Positions 20,847 through 31,660 of a DNA stretch of 64,000 nucleotides are shown in pieces. A model generated the notes under the pieces. It saw only the letters and a program-made list of their open reading frames with translations. It was not told where the DNA came from and searched no databases. Source of the stretch: Armatimonadota bacterium (GTDB taxonomy: Bacteria > Armatimonadota > HRBIN16); assembly GCA_963677485.1 (NCBI GenBank), contig OY781964.1, forward strand, positions 1,312,001-1,376,000, in the 5' to 3' direction. Both the position numbers and the translations under genes were made by a program. The number at the start of each line of letters is the position of its first letter. Positions within the stretch are counted from its first letter, which is position 1.

Positions 20847-23027
20847 CTACTCCACGCGCAGCAACACCGTGTCCTTTTCCTTCACATTAAGCTTGAGCCT
20901 TTTTGTGTTCGTCGCAATCCTCTCACCGGTCAGCAGATCGAACACGTCGCAGGTTTTGGGCAAATCAATCAGCTTCCAACCACCCTTCGCGGCATGAAGA
21001 CATATGATGCCGCGGTCGGCGAAGAAGCAGTCATTCGATGAGCTGTAGATATGAACGCCAGCATAATCGGCGACCGCCCGAAGTGCCTCAGGAGTGATCA
21101 TGGAGGATGCGTAGTAGACTGACCTCCATCCGTCCATTTGCTTGATCACAAATCCCGGTTTGTGGAGAGGCTCCACCAGGCCCAGCACCTCCGTGCGGGG
21201 ATCATCCGCGTAGAACACCGGACCGGTGCCAATCCCATCACCGTCAGCGCCTTTGACACCGGTTGGGTCCTTTAAACCGCGAAACACTGCCCGCTTTTGT
21301 GAGCCATTCATTTTGATCGTGGATGCTTGCACTTGAGGTATGCACACCAGATTAATGCCGGTGAGTGTTTTCATCCGCTCGGTAGACAGGCCGGTCTCGG
21401 ACACATAACCCGGCGCATACATCCACAGAGCCGTGGCGTGGTCCTTCTTCAGACGTGCATGTATTGCCCTGATTTCGCCGTCAGTAAGCGAGTAGGCGTT
21501 CATGAAAACATAAAGCTTATGCCTGGGAAGCTTCGGATTGGCTATATCCGATAGTAAATAGTAGCTCTGTGATGCTCCCAGACGAGGCCAGTCTGTTTTA
21601 CCGTCCACCTCTACACCGACCCCAGGACGGCACACAGTCCAGCTCTTGTCATCTAGAATGACCGCAATTTCGGCACTACCCAGGCGTGAGCGCAGCATAC
21701 TTTGGTCGCCGGCTGTTTTCAACTGCTTGATGAGGGCCAAGACATCAGGATCATCATACGTGCCGAAGCTCATATCAGCCCACCAGAACGATTGCCCGCG
21801 TGACAGGATATTCCCTAACTCCCGCTTGAGCACCCCTGCCGTTTCAGCCGGAGTGGTGCAGCGGCCGATCGGATCCTGCGTGACATGGGTTCGGATATCC
21901 GACTCGTTGATGTTCATTTTGCCGTGGAGCAGGATCGACTCCACCATGGTCATCGAAACACTAGTTCCACCTGGGCCGCGTCCTCCGTAGTGCGAGGGGC
22001 TGCCCATGAAGTCAAGATCGGGGCATCTCAACAACCGCGTGACAGCATTGTGCTGGCTCTCAAGCTGGTATGGGCCAAACACATTGAGGTAACCGTAAAA
22101 AGAGCCCACCAGCATATTTCCATCGGAAGCCTGCTTCACGATGCGCGCAAAATGGGCAATCGCATCCGCGTTGACTTCGGAGTAGTAAAGATACCAGTCC
22201 GTGATCCGCGTTCCGAGCTTGGCTGGATCACGGAACCGAATTCGGTCTTCGCCGACCTTGCGTTCCTCAACCGTGGGCACGGTGACCCTCGAAAAAGTGA
22301 CCGACGGGTCTTTCCAGGCTCTACGCAACGCAGCCTCAGTCTTATATTTGGCCCGGAGCCACTGGCGGAACGCTTCGGTTGACGCCTCGCTGAAGTCACC
22401 CACCCCACCTTCCCAAAGCAGGGGTCCAAACCATTCGCAGGCCTGCACGTCGCAGACAAACAGGCCCAGCACTCTATCGGCATATGGACCTGACCGGATA
22501 TGTTTCACAAACACCGTCAAGTCTGTAGAGGCATCTTTCAACCACGGCTTTGATGAGCGACTGATGGGCAGCCAGCCTTTGGTATCGAGCGGACCTGTTG
22601 TGCCATCTGCCCACTTGATGACATCCTTCGGGTGTTTCACCAGCCACTTGTTCATACCTTCGACCTCGGTACCGAGCCGTATGACGAAGTAAGCCTGAGG
22701 ATCAACGGCTGTGACCTTCTGAAGCAGGTCATCGCAGTCAGAGTAGTCATACTTTTCTTCAGTCCTGTGTCCGAGTGAGACGCTGTGATCGTATATATGC
22801 ACCCCTGCGTCTGCCATCCCCTTGTTGATTTTGGGGTTCAGGCAATCAATGGCCACAAAGCCGTTGAAAAAGATCGGCTTGCCATTGACAAACACGGCCG
22901 GACTGCCGTTGTGCATCTTCACCTCGGCTCGGACGGGTTTCACCTGCTGGCACGCCGCGGTCGAGCTGAACAGAGCTGCTATTACTGCGCATCCCAGAAC
23001 CCATGCGATTGTTTGCAAAGCTATCAT
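20847..23027 (-). CDS. Secreted glycoside hydrolase-like protein (GH42/beta-galactosidase-like TIM barrel)
   Basis: Signal peptide; DFSEAS..AFRQWLRAKY...LRRAW segment resembling GH42-like enzymes; trimerisation-like C-terminal part. Confidence 0.6.
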   Translation of the reverse strand: MIALQTIAWVLGCAVIAALFSSTAACQQVKPVRAEVKMHNGSPAVFVNGKPIFFNGFVAIDCLNPKINKGMADAGVHIYDHSVSLGHRTEEKYDYSDCDDLLQKVTAVDPQAYFVIRLGTEVEGMNKWLVKHPKDVIKWADGTTGPLDTKGWLPISRSSKPWLKDASTDLTVFVKHIRSGPYADRVLGLFVCDVQACEWFGPLLWEGGVGDFSEASTEAFRQWLRAKYKTEAALRRAWKDPSVTFSRVTVPTVEERKVGEDRIRFRDPAKLGTRITDWYLYYSEVNADAIAHFARIVKQASDGNMLVGSFYGYLNVFGPYQLESQHNAVTRLLRCPDLDFMGSPSHYGGRGPGGTSVSMTMVESILLHGKMNINESDIRTHVTQDPIGRCTTPAETAGVLKRELGNILSRGQSFWWADMSFGTYDDPDVLALIKQLKTAGDQSMLRSRLGSAEIAVILDDKSWTVCRPGVGVEVDGKTDWPRLGASQSYYLLSDIANPKLPRHKLYVFMNAYSLTDGEIRAIHARLKKDHATALWMYAPGYVSETGLSTERMKTLTGINLVCIPQVQASTIKMNGSQKRAVFRGLKDPTGVKGADGDGIGTGPVFYADDPRTEVLGLVEPLHKPGFVIKQMDGWRSVYYASSMITPEALRAVADYAGVHIYSSSNDCFFADRGIICLHAAKGGWKLIDLPKTCDVFDLLTGERIATNTKRLKLNVKEKDTVLLRVE

Positions 23028-23155
23028 TTGGCTGTATCCCCTTCTGGTCGGTTGAACGAAGCACCGGTGTTGGCCTAGTGCATGCTGACACCCATATACT
23101 ACTCTGTCTTACGGTGATATTCCTGGTCGACCTGCGAATCACAAGAGTCCAGATT

Positions 23156-23264
23156 GTCTGAACCACGGATTACGCGGATGACACGGATGGGAAGGGATGG
23201 AGAGGGAGCCAATCGGGAGATTGGCGTTCCCAGGGGTGGCGTTCCCAGGGGTGGCGTTGCCAGG
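23156..23264. repeat. GTCTGAACCACGGAT/GCCAATC module with a 15-nt tandem tail
   Basis: Matches 20394 and 56931; TGGCGTTCCCAGGGG occurs twice plus a partial third copy (23222-23264). Confidence 0.85.
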
Positions 23265-23360
23265 CGCGCATGGTCAACGAATGCCAGTGTGAAATGCATC
23301 TGCGAGTAAAATGAAAGTGAGCAATGAATCATCTCCAGTCAGGAACAAAAACACACCAAA

Positions 23361-26300
23361 ATGACTCCTAAACTTATGAAAACAGCACTCGTATACGCCC
23401 CTTTAGCACTCACGCTGGCTCACTGTCGATGCTTGTGTGCTGCGCCCACCGTCACCGCCGCATCGGCCACCACTGGCCAGATACAGCTTGTGCTGAGCGG
23501 ACCGTCGCAGCAGGTGAAACTGGTGGAAATGCGCCCCTACGAGCAGCCAGATGCCACCGCGGGCTGGAGCATTTCAGCTGCCAGCCTCGCCGCAGCCAAC
23601 GGCTGGCTGAGCGTCACACCCGCCAGCACTGCCAGCCTGGCGGAACCTGACCGTGTGCGTGCGGAGATGGTGCCTTATTTTGCAGCCAGGGTTCGTAACA
23701 CTGGGGCCAGCAGCGTGAATATGTATGTCCAGTTTGTGTTCGGCGGCGTCACCAAACAGGCCACCATCACCGTGCCCGCAGGCGGATGGCAGATTGTGCG
23801 CACCACTCTGTCCTCGTTCGGCACCGATTGGTCGGGCTGGCGCAACCTGAAGATCGTGCTGCCCTTCGGAAGCAAGATCGACTTAAACTGGCTGGCGGTG
23901 ACCGACAACCCCGGCTTCGCCGGCACCGGCAACCGCGGTTATGACCGTCTGTGGAAGTTTGGATGGCCTGACAAAGTCATCTGGGAAGGGCTGAGCCAGC
24001 AGACCGTTGAGGTGCCCCGCTTCAACGGCCAGCAGGACCGCATCTACAACAAGTTCCAGCTGCTTGATGCCGTCACCGGAGCACCGCTTGAGACACCTCA
24101 TTATGTGACCGACTTCTCGCAAGCCGGTGAGGTGGCTGATGACGTAGAGGACGGCTGGTATACCGAGGGCAACGGCAGCAGCTATACCATCAGCGGCGGT
24201 GTGATGAACATCAGCTTCAGCAACCCGACTAATGGACAACCTTTCGACCCCATCATACGCAACGAACGCTATTACGTTCAGGCCAGCAAGGTGAAGTATC
24301 TCACGATGCGCTACCGCATGAGCGCGGAAGTTTCCGGCGGCATGACCCTTGGAGTTTTCGCATGGCCACTCGATGGCGGCAACTACGGCTACACCAGCCT
24401 GAACATCCCGACCACCACCACCTGGCAAACCATCAGGATTCCTCTGACCAATATGGGCGCCAACTGGACCGGCCGGCGCAGTTTTCGGATAGATCCTGTG
24501 GATGGTGAGGTCAACGCCAACAGGTTCCTGAACAGCATCATGATGATCGACTGGATCGCCCTCACCGCCGACAACACCTACACTGGTGGTGACGTGAAGC
24601 CCGGTGAGATAGTATGGGATTTCGCACAGCTGTCTCACCGCGATAAGCAGTTTATCAAGAACACCAATCCTAAGGGTCTGGGGCCGGTCATCGACTACGA
24701 TGATGCTCAGGCGCTGGGAGTTCAGACGATCTCATACCCCTTCCTTTTGAACGGAGTGCTGGCCGATCCGAGCAACAACAAAACCACTTGGACGGTCGAC
24801 GGTGTGAAAGTGCCCATCAACATGGGCTATGTCTACGCCATCGACGACAATGTACAGAAGGCCACCGACCGTGGTATGCGCATATTTCTGTTGCCAATCA
24901 ATGGCATGCCGAGTTCACCCAGCAACGACTGGCCGCTGCTGCACCCCCTCAGCGATGTGGAGAACGCACCGAATCACCTGGGGGCATTCAACACCGGTGA
25001 TGAGCGGTCATTGCTCAGTTTCCGCGCGGCGATGGAGTTCCTGACTCACCGTTACAGCGACCCGCGGGTGACCGTGGGCACCTGCGGCGATATCGTGTTG
25101 GGTAACGAAATACAAAGCCACTGGTGGTGGCACAACATCGGCAATGTCAACCCGGACGTGGTGATTGAAGACTACTATCGGTCGCTGCGGGTCAGCGATA
25201 TCGCCATGCGACGCACCAACCCAAACACCAACCTGTACGTCTGTCTCGACCACTTCTGGGCAGCCAAAATGATGGCCGACACTACCGTCAACATGACCGG
25301 TAAATACCTGCTGGACGGCATCAACGACTGGTGCAAGAACGAGGGTGATCTGCCTTGGGGGATGGCGGCACACCCGTATCCTGCAAATCTGCTGGAGCCA
25401 CGCTTCTGGACCGATGGGGCCGAATCAACCTTCGACCTAAATACTGCGAAGATCAGCGCGAATAACCTCGAGATGTGGCCAGCTGTGCTCAGTCAGCCTC
25501 AGTTGCTGTATAACGGCCGACGGCGGAAGCTTGCGTTTACGGAGCAGGGGATGCACACGCCCAACCAGTCCGATGGGCAGACGATCCAGAGCGCCTGCGT
25601 AGCCCTGGGATACTACAAAGTGGACAGGATCCCCGGTCTGGAGGCGTTCAACTACTTCGCACAAGGTGACTACCTCGACCCCAGCGGGCTGCGCATCGGT
25701 CTGTGGACACACAAAGACGGCAGCAGTGCCACCTTCGACCTGGGCGTGAAGAAACCAAGCTGGACATCTTACCAGATGGGAAGCACAGCCGGTTTCAAGA
25801 GCTACGCCAACTTCGCGCTGGGCCTCGCGGGCTACGGCTCGTGGCTGGATGCGGAGCCCAGACGTACCGAGCTGGCCTTCAAGTTCACCACCGATACCGA
25901 TCTGTGGGCCGCCACCCACGATGTCGGCAACCTACGGGTAGAGGCGGGCATCCTGCGCGGCTCATCGTTAAGCGCTGACCCCTTCATGGAGCGGCCCAAG
26001 ATGTGGCTGCTGCCCAACCTGTTCTCCAAAGTCGTGATCCGCATGAGGGTCAACGGGGGCACGAAAGGGCAGGTCTACTACACCACCACGACAGAACCTG
26101 CTTATTCCGAGGATAAGTCACTGCAGTTTGATATTACAGCCGACGGGATGTGGCACGACTACGTGCAGGACATGGCCAGCCAGCCCAAATGGGCAGGGAA
26201 AACCATCAACGGCCTCCGGCTAGATCCCACAAATGTGAATGGTGCCTCGTTTGACATCGCGTTGATCTCGAGCAGCATCCCCGAGCCGATACCTTCAGCC

Positions 26301-26729
26301 ACCATCGCCGGCGTGATCGGCCTGCTGGACTACAACTATACCAACCCGGCCGTGGTGTCGGGCACTATCGAGCTTCATGATGTCAGCACCAACGCGCTGG
26401 TGGAGACCATCCCGGTGGCTTTGAGCAACTCAGGCACTATCAGCCTGAGCACCCAACAAACAGGCAACTTCAGTGCTGTGGTTAAGGCCCCGCATTTCAT
26501 CAGCATACGGAAGCCGATCACGCTGGCTATTGGGCAGACCAGCTCGCTGTTTGCCAACCTTCCCAACGGCGATGCGAACGGCGACGGAAAAGTGAACCTG
26601 TTCGACATCGTGGCGCTGGACAGGTATTTCGGCACTGCCAACACGATGAGCGACCTAGACGGTGATGGCAAGGTGAACCTATTCGATTATGTGGTGATTG
26701 ACCGCTATTTCGGGCAGCAGTCGCAGTGA
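23361..26729 (+). CDS. Large secreted DUF5722-like glycoside hydrolase with CBM-like modules and a C-terminal dockerin-like domain
   Basis: Signal peptide; LGNE, HPYP and TEQG clan-A-like motifs; R(I/L)DP-ending beta modules; duplicated GDANGDGKVNLFD / DLDGDGKVNLFD. Confidence 0.7.
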   Translation: MTPKLMKTALVYAPLALTLAHCRCLCAAPTVTAASATTGQIQLVLSGPSQQVKLVEMRPYEQPDATAGWSISAASLAAANGWLSVTPASTASLAEPDRVRAEMVPYFAARVRNTGASSVNMYVQFVFGGVTKQATITVPAGGWQIVRTTLSSFGTDWSGWRNLKIVLPFGSKIDLNWLAVTDNPGFAGTGNRGYDRLWKFGWPDKVIWEGLSQQTVEVPRFNGQQDRIYNKFQLLDAVTGAPLETPHYVTDFSQAGEVADDVEDGWYTEGNGSSYTISGGVMNISFSNPTNGQPFDPIIRNERYYVQASKVKYLTMRYRMSAEVSGGMTLGVFAWPLDGGNYGYTSLNIPTTTTWQTIRIPLTNMGANWTGRRSFRIDPVDGEVNANRFLNSIMMIDWIALTADNTYTGGDVKPGEIVWDFAQLSHRDKQFIKNTNPKGLGPVIDYDDAQALGVQTISYPFLLNGVLADPSNNKTTWTVDGVKVPINMGYVYAIDDNVQKATDRGMRIFLLPINGMPSSPSNDWPLLHPLSDVENAPNHLGAFNTGDERSLLSFRAAMEFLTHRYSDPRVTVGTCGDIVLGNEIQSHWWWHNIGNVNPDVVIEDYYRSLRVSDIAMRRTNPNTNLYVCLDHFWAAKMMADTTVNMTGKYLLDGINDWCKNEGDLPWGMAAHPYPANLLEPRFWTDGAESTFDLNTAKISANNLEMWPAVLSQPQLLYNGRRRKLAFTEQGMHTPNQSDGQTIQSACVALGYYKVDRIPGLEAFNYFAQGDYLDPSGLRIGLWTHKDGSSATFDLGVKKPSWTSYQMGSTAGFKSYANFALGLAGYGSWLDAEPRRTELAFKFTTDTDLWAATHDVGNLRVEAGILRGSSLSADPFMERPKMWLLPNLFSKVVIRMRVNGGTKGQVYYTTTTEPAYSEDKSLQFDITADGMWHDYVQDMASQPKWAGKTINGLRLDPTNVNGASFDIALISSSIPEPIPSATIAGVIGLLDYNYTNPAVVSGTIELHDVSTNALVETIPVALSNSGTISLSTQQTGNFSAVVKAPHFISIRKPITLAIGQTSSLFANLPNGDANGDGKVNLFDIVALDRYFGTANTMSDLDGDGKVNLFDYVVIDRYFGQQSQ

Positions 26730-26738
26730 GCCGCCGGA

Positions 26739-26840
26739 TGTAAGGGGCATGACGTGCCGTGCCCGTATTGTCATCGGTCCGATCCGCCTAATCCGTCTGA
26801 TGGAATCGGCGGTAGGGGCGGGGTTTCCCCGCCCCTACGG
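26739..26840. repeat. REP cluster
   Basis: GTAGGGGCGGGGTTTCCCCGCCCCTAC (26812-26838) palindrome plus 9-nt triplet ATCGGTCCG ATCCGCCTA ATCCGTCTG. Confidence 0.75.
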
Positions 26841-26904
26841 TCGCATTACAAACGGGTATAGGGCGCGGGGGCGAGGACGACAATTTCAACCAGGAGATCA
26901 TATC

Positions 26905-27924
26905 ATGAGCACCCGCATATACCCTGTAGAACCAAGGCAGTACGTCGATGGACGGCCTGGGGCCGGTTATCGGCTTGACTTGAAAGATGAAGGCATCGTG
27001 TTCGAACACGGCTCAGGTCCAGAACGCTGTGACTACCTGGGCGCCCGCGAAGCCTCCGCCTTTGAATACAAAGGCAAATATTACCTTCACTACGATGGGG
27101 CTGGTCCCAATGGCTGGGTCGCCTGCCTGGCCACCAGCACGGACCTGCGCCATTGGGAGCGCCGCGGTCCAGTGTTGCCGCTCGGTGATAAGGGAACCAT
27201 CGACAGCGGAAGTGCCTCATCGCCATGGGTCTACAATGATGGCAAGAAGTGGCACATGTTCTATGTAGCCACCCCTACCACCTCGCCTGGGCCGGACTTC
27301 GTTCCAGCGTTGCCATACTACACTTGTAAGGCCGAAGCCAGCACGTCCTCAGGGCCCTGGCACAAACGCTACGACATCATACCATTCCGCACCGTAGCGG
27401 GCACATACTACAGCATCACCGCCTCGCCGGGTCCTGTCATCAAGCACAACGGCGAGTATATGATGTTCTTCAGCACCACCTGTGGCACCGAACGAACCCC
27501 CTATGTGCGCACCCTGTCGATCGCCCGCACCAAGAATCTGGACGGTGCCTGGGCGGTGGATCCAAACCCGATGGTGCCCATCGCAGAACAGGTGGAGAAC
27601 GCATCGGTCTACTTCGAGAGGAAGAGCAGCACCTGGTTCCTGTTCACCAACCATATCGGGATCGATGAGCAAGGCGGCGAATACACCGACGCCATCTGGG
27701 TTTACTGGACGAAGGACATCAACCACTGGGACGCCAGTCATAAGGCGATCGTGCTGGACGGAGCAAACTGCCAGTGGGCGAAAGAGTGCGTTGGTATGCC
27801 CTCCGTGCTGGTAGTCAAAAACAAACTGGCACTGCTGTATGATGCCGCGCCTGGCCGCAGCAAAAGCCATATGCGGCGTAATATCGGCCTCGCCTGGCTG
27901 GAGCTGCCACTGATCACGCCATAA
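26905..27924 (+). CDS. Five-bladed beta-propeller glycosidase-like protein (GH32/43/130-like)
   Basis: Repeated blades YYLHY, WHMFY, YMMFF, WFLF; AGGAG RBS before ATG 26905. Confidence 0.65.
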   Translation: MSTRIYPVEPRQYVDGRPGAGYRLDLKDEGIVFEHGSGPERCDYLGAREASAFEYKGKYYLHYDGAGPNGWVACLATSTDLRHWERRGPVLPLGDKGTIDSGSASSPWVYNDGKKWHMFYVATPTTSPGPDFVPALPYYTCKAEASTSSGPWHKRYDIIPFRTVAGTYYSITASPGPVIKHNGEYMMFFSTTCGTERTPYVRTLSIARTKNLDGAWAVDPNPMVPIAEQVENASVYFERKSSTWFLFTNHIGIDEQGGEYTDAIWVYWTKDINHWDASHKAIVLDGANCQWAKECVGMPSVLVVKNKLALLYDAAPGRSKSHMRRNIGLAWLELPLITP

Positions 27925-28024
27925 GGCCAAGCGATGATACAGCCGTTGATCGGCGCTGATTGTATATTTCTGCACAGAAACTGATATATTGTGTGTATAT
28001 CAGTTTCTGAAGAGGCTTACTGTC

Positions 28025-29092
28025 ATGCCAGAACCAATTAGCAGGGAACGTAGTCAGCAGATTCGCAATGTTGGTTTTTTGACAGCACTCCTCGTCGTGC
28101 TTCTGCACTCAAACAATGTGCAAAGTTACAGCCTGCTACGTTTCGATACAACATGGACCAGGGCGGTAGCCTTGTTCGAGACCATCGTCTCGGAAGGACT
28201 CGCGCTATGTGCTGTGCCGTTTTTCCTGGCGATCGCGGCTTTCCTGTTTTTCCGGGATTATACCCAGACACTCCAATGCATTAAGCAAAAGTACGCACGC
28301 CGCATCCACTCACTTTTGATCCCTTATCTATTCTGGAATGGCTTTCACTACTTGGTGCAGATGGCGGTGGTCAGTATCCCCGCCATACGGGCTCGGATGG
28401 ATGCCAGCACGGAGCCGATCCTGGCCAGCCGGCCAGGGCTTAAAGAGATTGCGCAAGTTCTGCTGTTACACAAATATAACATCCCTTTCTGGTTCATACA
28501 GGCCTTGATAGTGTTTGTGGTGCTCACTCCCATGGTATATGTAGTGATGAAGCACAAGATAGTCGCGATTAGCATACTAGCTATCACAGCCATTGCGGCA
28601 CTTGCAGAGGTGCAGCTGCCCATCATCACAACCGACACCTGGTTCTATCTATTGTTGGGTAGTTTTGTAGCCATACATCCGCAAAGTATACGCAGGTTGT
28701 TGCGCGCTCTGGAGAGCTCCAAACTGGCGTGGGTTTTCATCGGTACATGGCTTCTAGCATCTGTATTTCTTGTGTATTCCAACAACGTCTATACGCAAAA
28801 TGCAGCCATCATGACCGGCATGGCTGCCATTTGGTTTGGATATCCGATCTACAAGCACCTGCTGCCGATTTCCTTTTGGGGACGACACACTTTTCTGATT
28901 TATGCTATTCACCCCACCTTACTGGGAGGCATCAAGATGATTTTGGCATTCGTCGCGGGCAAGTCTGCGATGATGGCACTGGTGAGCTATCTGCTAGCTC
29001 CGGCCATGACGGTGGGTATTATCATATGGTTCTGTAACTTTTGCGGGTTGCGATTACCCAAGGTATACCGCTTTATCTCGGGCGGACGATAG
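28025..29092 (+). CDS. Acyltransferase family 3 membrane protein
   Basis: VVLLH, VPFF..IAAFL, R..SLLIPYLFW, FWFI, IYAIH. Confidence 0.85.
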   Translation: MPEPISRERSQQIRNVGFLTALLVVLLHSNNVQSYSLLRFDTTWTRAVALFETIVSEGLALCAVPFFLAIAAFLFFRDYTQTLQCIKQKYARRIHSLLIPYLFWNGFHYLVQMAVVSIPAIRARMDASTEPILASRPGLKEIAQVLLLHKYNIPFWFIQALIVFVVLTPMVYVVMKHKIVAISILAITAIAALAEVQLPIITTDTWFYLLLGSFVAIHPQSIRRLLRALESSKLAWVFIGTWLLASVFLVYSNNVYTQNAAIMTGMAAIWFGYPIYKHLLPISFWGRHTFLIYAIHPTLLGGIKMILAFVAGKSAMMALVSYLLAPAMTVGIIIWFCNFCGLRLPKVYRFISGGR

Positions 29093-29224
29093 TCGCTATC
29101 AAGCATCCTTGCTCTCGATACAGACGAATCGATGCAAAACCAAGGCAGGTATCAGGGCCAATGCCGGTGTATCTAGCCATGCGTCACCCAATCTTGATTG
29201 ATCTGTCCGCTTAGGAGGCTTTGT

Positions 29225-30112
29225 ATGAAATCACCCGTGTTCCGTATAGGTAATATCGTGCTTTGGACACTCATGGTTGTGCTCATAACCTGTATATCAT
29301 ATGCAGCACCTGCGAATGATACAAATGGTTGGACAAAAGGGGTTTACAGCTCCGTCGTTCAGGTGAAAGCGACGAAACCGACCCTGAAGCTAACACTCGA
29401 AGCAGCCAAAAAGCAAGCCATCACCAGCATCATGACCGCCTTTGGGAAAACTCCGATCAACAGCTTCGTGAGCGGTCAGGACTTACTGAAATATGCGAAA
29501 CTGCGCACTTTGCTGGAGAAGACCATCAGCGAAAATGGGCGATTCAAAAGCGTGTCACTCAAAGTGGCTGGTGTGCCCTACATCAAGATGAGTGCCGAGA
29601 TACCTACGATGAAGTTATTATTACCTGCACTGGATTTTTACCGTAAGCTGGGATCATCGGATGGGAATGCCAAATCGCTGATCATGAAGATCACTTCCCG
29701 GGGCAATGACAGGATCATGGCTGAAAAGTCGATGGATGATAAGTCGATAGAAGAAGAGACCCCTGTCGGCCCTTTTTCATCCTTGATAATAGACGCCTCG
29801 GGGTTGGGTTTGAAAAGAGCCATGAGCCCCAAAATCCGGCGTGAAGATAAATCGGAAGTCTGGGGAACCGTAGAGGTTGACCCCGACTTCGTGCTGGAAA
29901 CAGGCATCGTCTCCTATACGGCGTCGATGGCTGAGGCCGTGCGTGACCCCCGTAGGGGTGATAATCCGCTGGTGATCAAGGCGATCGGCATTTCCGGCGG
30001 GAAGTTCCTCTGCGACCCTGTGATCAGCGATGGGGACGCGATAACCGTGCTGAATGAAGAGAAGAACACGCACTTTTTGGAGAAGTTCAACGTCATCTTC
30101 ATCGCGAACTAG
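29225..30112 (+). CDS. Secreted hypothetical protein with LPP20-like C-terminal domain
   Basis: Signal peptide; LIIDA.G...AMSPKI...GDNPLVIKA; AGGAGG RBS. Confidence 0.55.
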   Translation: MKSPVFRIGNIVLWTLMVVLITCISYAAPANDTNGWTKGVYSSVVQVKATKPTLKLTLEAAKKQAITSIMTAFGKTPINSFVSGQDLLKYAKLRTLLEKTISENGRFKSVSLKVAGVPYIKMSAEIPTMKLLLPALDFYRKLGSSDGNAKSLIMKITSRGNDRIMAEKSMDDKSIEEETPVGPFSSLIIDASGLGLKRAMSPKIRREDKSEVWGTVEVDPDFVLETGIVSYTASMAEAVRDPRRGDNPLVIKAIGISGGKFLCDPVISDGDAITVLNEEKNTHFLEKFNVIFIAN

Positions 30113-30314
30113 GCACAGGTTTTGGTATCAAGGAGGCGGGGGAGTGAGGAGAGTAGGAGGCTCGAGAACGGGCCGGTCTGGCGGAGTTTCTCTCGGGTTT
30201 GGGTTCGAAAACCAGACCTGACACAGGCAACCAAGTTCATTACAGGCAGCACGATTACTGATACTTTGCTAGCTCACCGCTCTCGGCTTACCAACAATCG
30301 CCTGTGTGATCCCC

Positions 30315-31595
30315 TCACTCAGGGCCGGGGAAGGCCTCGCCATAGTCCTTGGTGCTGGCTTGCCAGTCGTGCAGACGTCTGCGCATGGTGTCAAGCACCT
30401 GACGCAGTTTGGGCTCCTGGGCCAGGTTACTCACCTCCCATGGGTCGGTACGCAGGTCATACAGCTCCTCTACAGGCCGCGTGTCAGACATCCAGGCAAG
30501 CTGTTGCTTATTCAGCTTGCCTTCGGCTCTCAACCGTTTGAGTTCGCCCAGTACTGGATACAACGAGATGATATACTGGTTATCCTGTGTGTACGGCCTG
30601 TCCGGGCAGTAGTTCCGTATGTATTTATATCTGTGATCCACTACGGCGCGGATGTGGTCCAGCGTCTCATCGCATCGGTCACGGGCCGCCACACAGTAGT
30701 CGCGCCCCTGGCTGCCGGGCAGCAAAAGCGGTCGGCCTTCCATGTAGGCAGGGGGTGTCACCCCCGCCAGTGCCAAAACGCTGGCGGACACATCGATGGA
30801 GGAGATCAGCCGTTTATCCACCTGACCACCTCGCCACAGCCTGGGGCAATGCACTATCAGCGGTACGCTGACTCCGCCTTCGTATAGCCACTGCTTGCCG
30901 CGCGTGTTACATGAGCCGTTGTCGCCCTGCAGAATGAGAATGGTATTGTCCAGCACACCGTCGGCTTCCAGCCGCTTCATCAAGATGCCAAACTCAATAT
31001 CAAGCAGGTTGCACATATCCATATAACAGGCGTAGTCGTCCCTGGCCACAGGTGTATCCGGGTAATAGGGCGGCAGCTTCAACCGATTGGGATCAACACG
31101 GTAGCCTAGCCGCTTGCGCTCCTCCGGCCACAATCCTCGGTGAACCTGCCAGAAATTCATCTGCTGGAAGAACGGCTGACCAGTTCTGCGCTGGCTGTAG
31201 TGAGTGCCGTCCCACACCTCGTTTCGGTTCGCGAAGTTGAAGTCACTCTTGCCAGGTTCATCAATCGGGTGGTTGGCATTGCCGTTCGCGCAGAAATAGC
31301 CTGCATCCCGTAGATAGCTGGTGATGGGCTTCACAGGGGCCGGCAGACGCCATCCATCGGTCGCGTGGCTGCGATGGTTCTGGCAGTTTATTGAGGTTTG
31401 GTACATACCGGTGATCATGGCGGAACGTGAAGGGGAACAGACAGGTGCCGTGCAGTAGGCGTGATCAAAGCGCACTCCCTGACTGGCAAAGCGGTCGATG
31501 TTCGGCGTGCGGAGTTGCGGTGTTCCGTAACAGCCCAGATGCTTCCCCTGATCTTCGGTCAGCATCCAAATGATGTTTGGTTTATTACCGTCCAT
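30315..31595 (-). CDS. Sulfatase (formylglycine-dependent, Cys type)
   Basis: KPNII, CSPSR..ITG, GDNG, ELYDLRTDPWE. Confidence 0.93.
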   Translation of the reverse strand: MDGNKPNIIWMLTEDQGKHLGCYGTPQLRTPNIDRFASQGVRFDHAYCTAPVCSPSRSAMITGMYQTSINCQNHRSHATDGWRLPAPVKPITSYLRDAGYFCANGNANHPIDEPGKSDFNFANRNEVWDGTHYSQRRTGQPFFQQMNFWQVHRGLWPEERKRLGYRVDPNRLKLPPYYPDTPVARDDYACYMDMCNLLDIEFGILMKRLEADGVLDNTILILQGDNGSCNTRGKQWLYEGGVSVPLIVHCPRLWRGGQVDKRLISSIDVSASVLALAGVTPPAYMEGRPLLLPGSQGRDYCVAARDRCDETLDHIRAVVDHRYKYIRNYCPDRPYTQDNQYIISLYPVLGELKRLRAEGKLNKQQLAWMSDTRPVEELYDLRTDPWEVSNLAQEPKLRQVLDTMRRRLHDWQASTKDYGEAFPGPE

Positions 31596-31660
31596 GGCAG
31601 AAACTATCCCTCAGGTTTGATGATCGATGTATTGCTTACAAATCCCGGTATGAAGGGTGC

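Noticed and set aside
20375-21041. Short ORFs over repeat clusters (also 12396-12956, 23099-23332, 56809-57214, 63120-63570)
   Set aside because: They translate the micro-repeats (ICVICVICG, ICVHLRSSAV, LRVFA), lack RBSs and overlap one another; treated as spurious.
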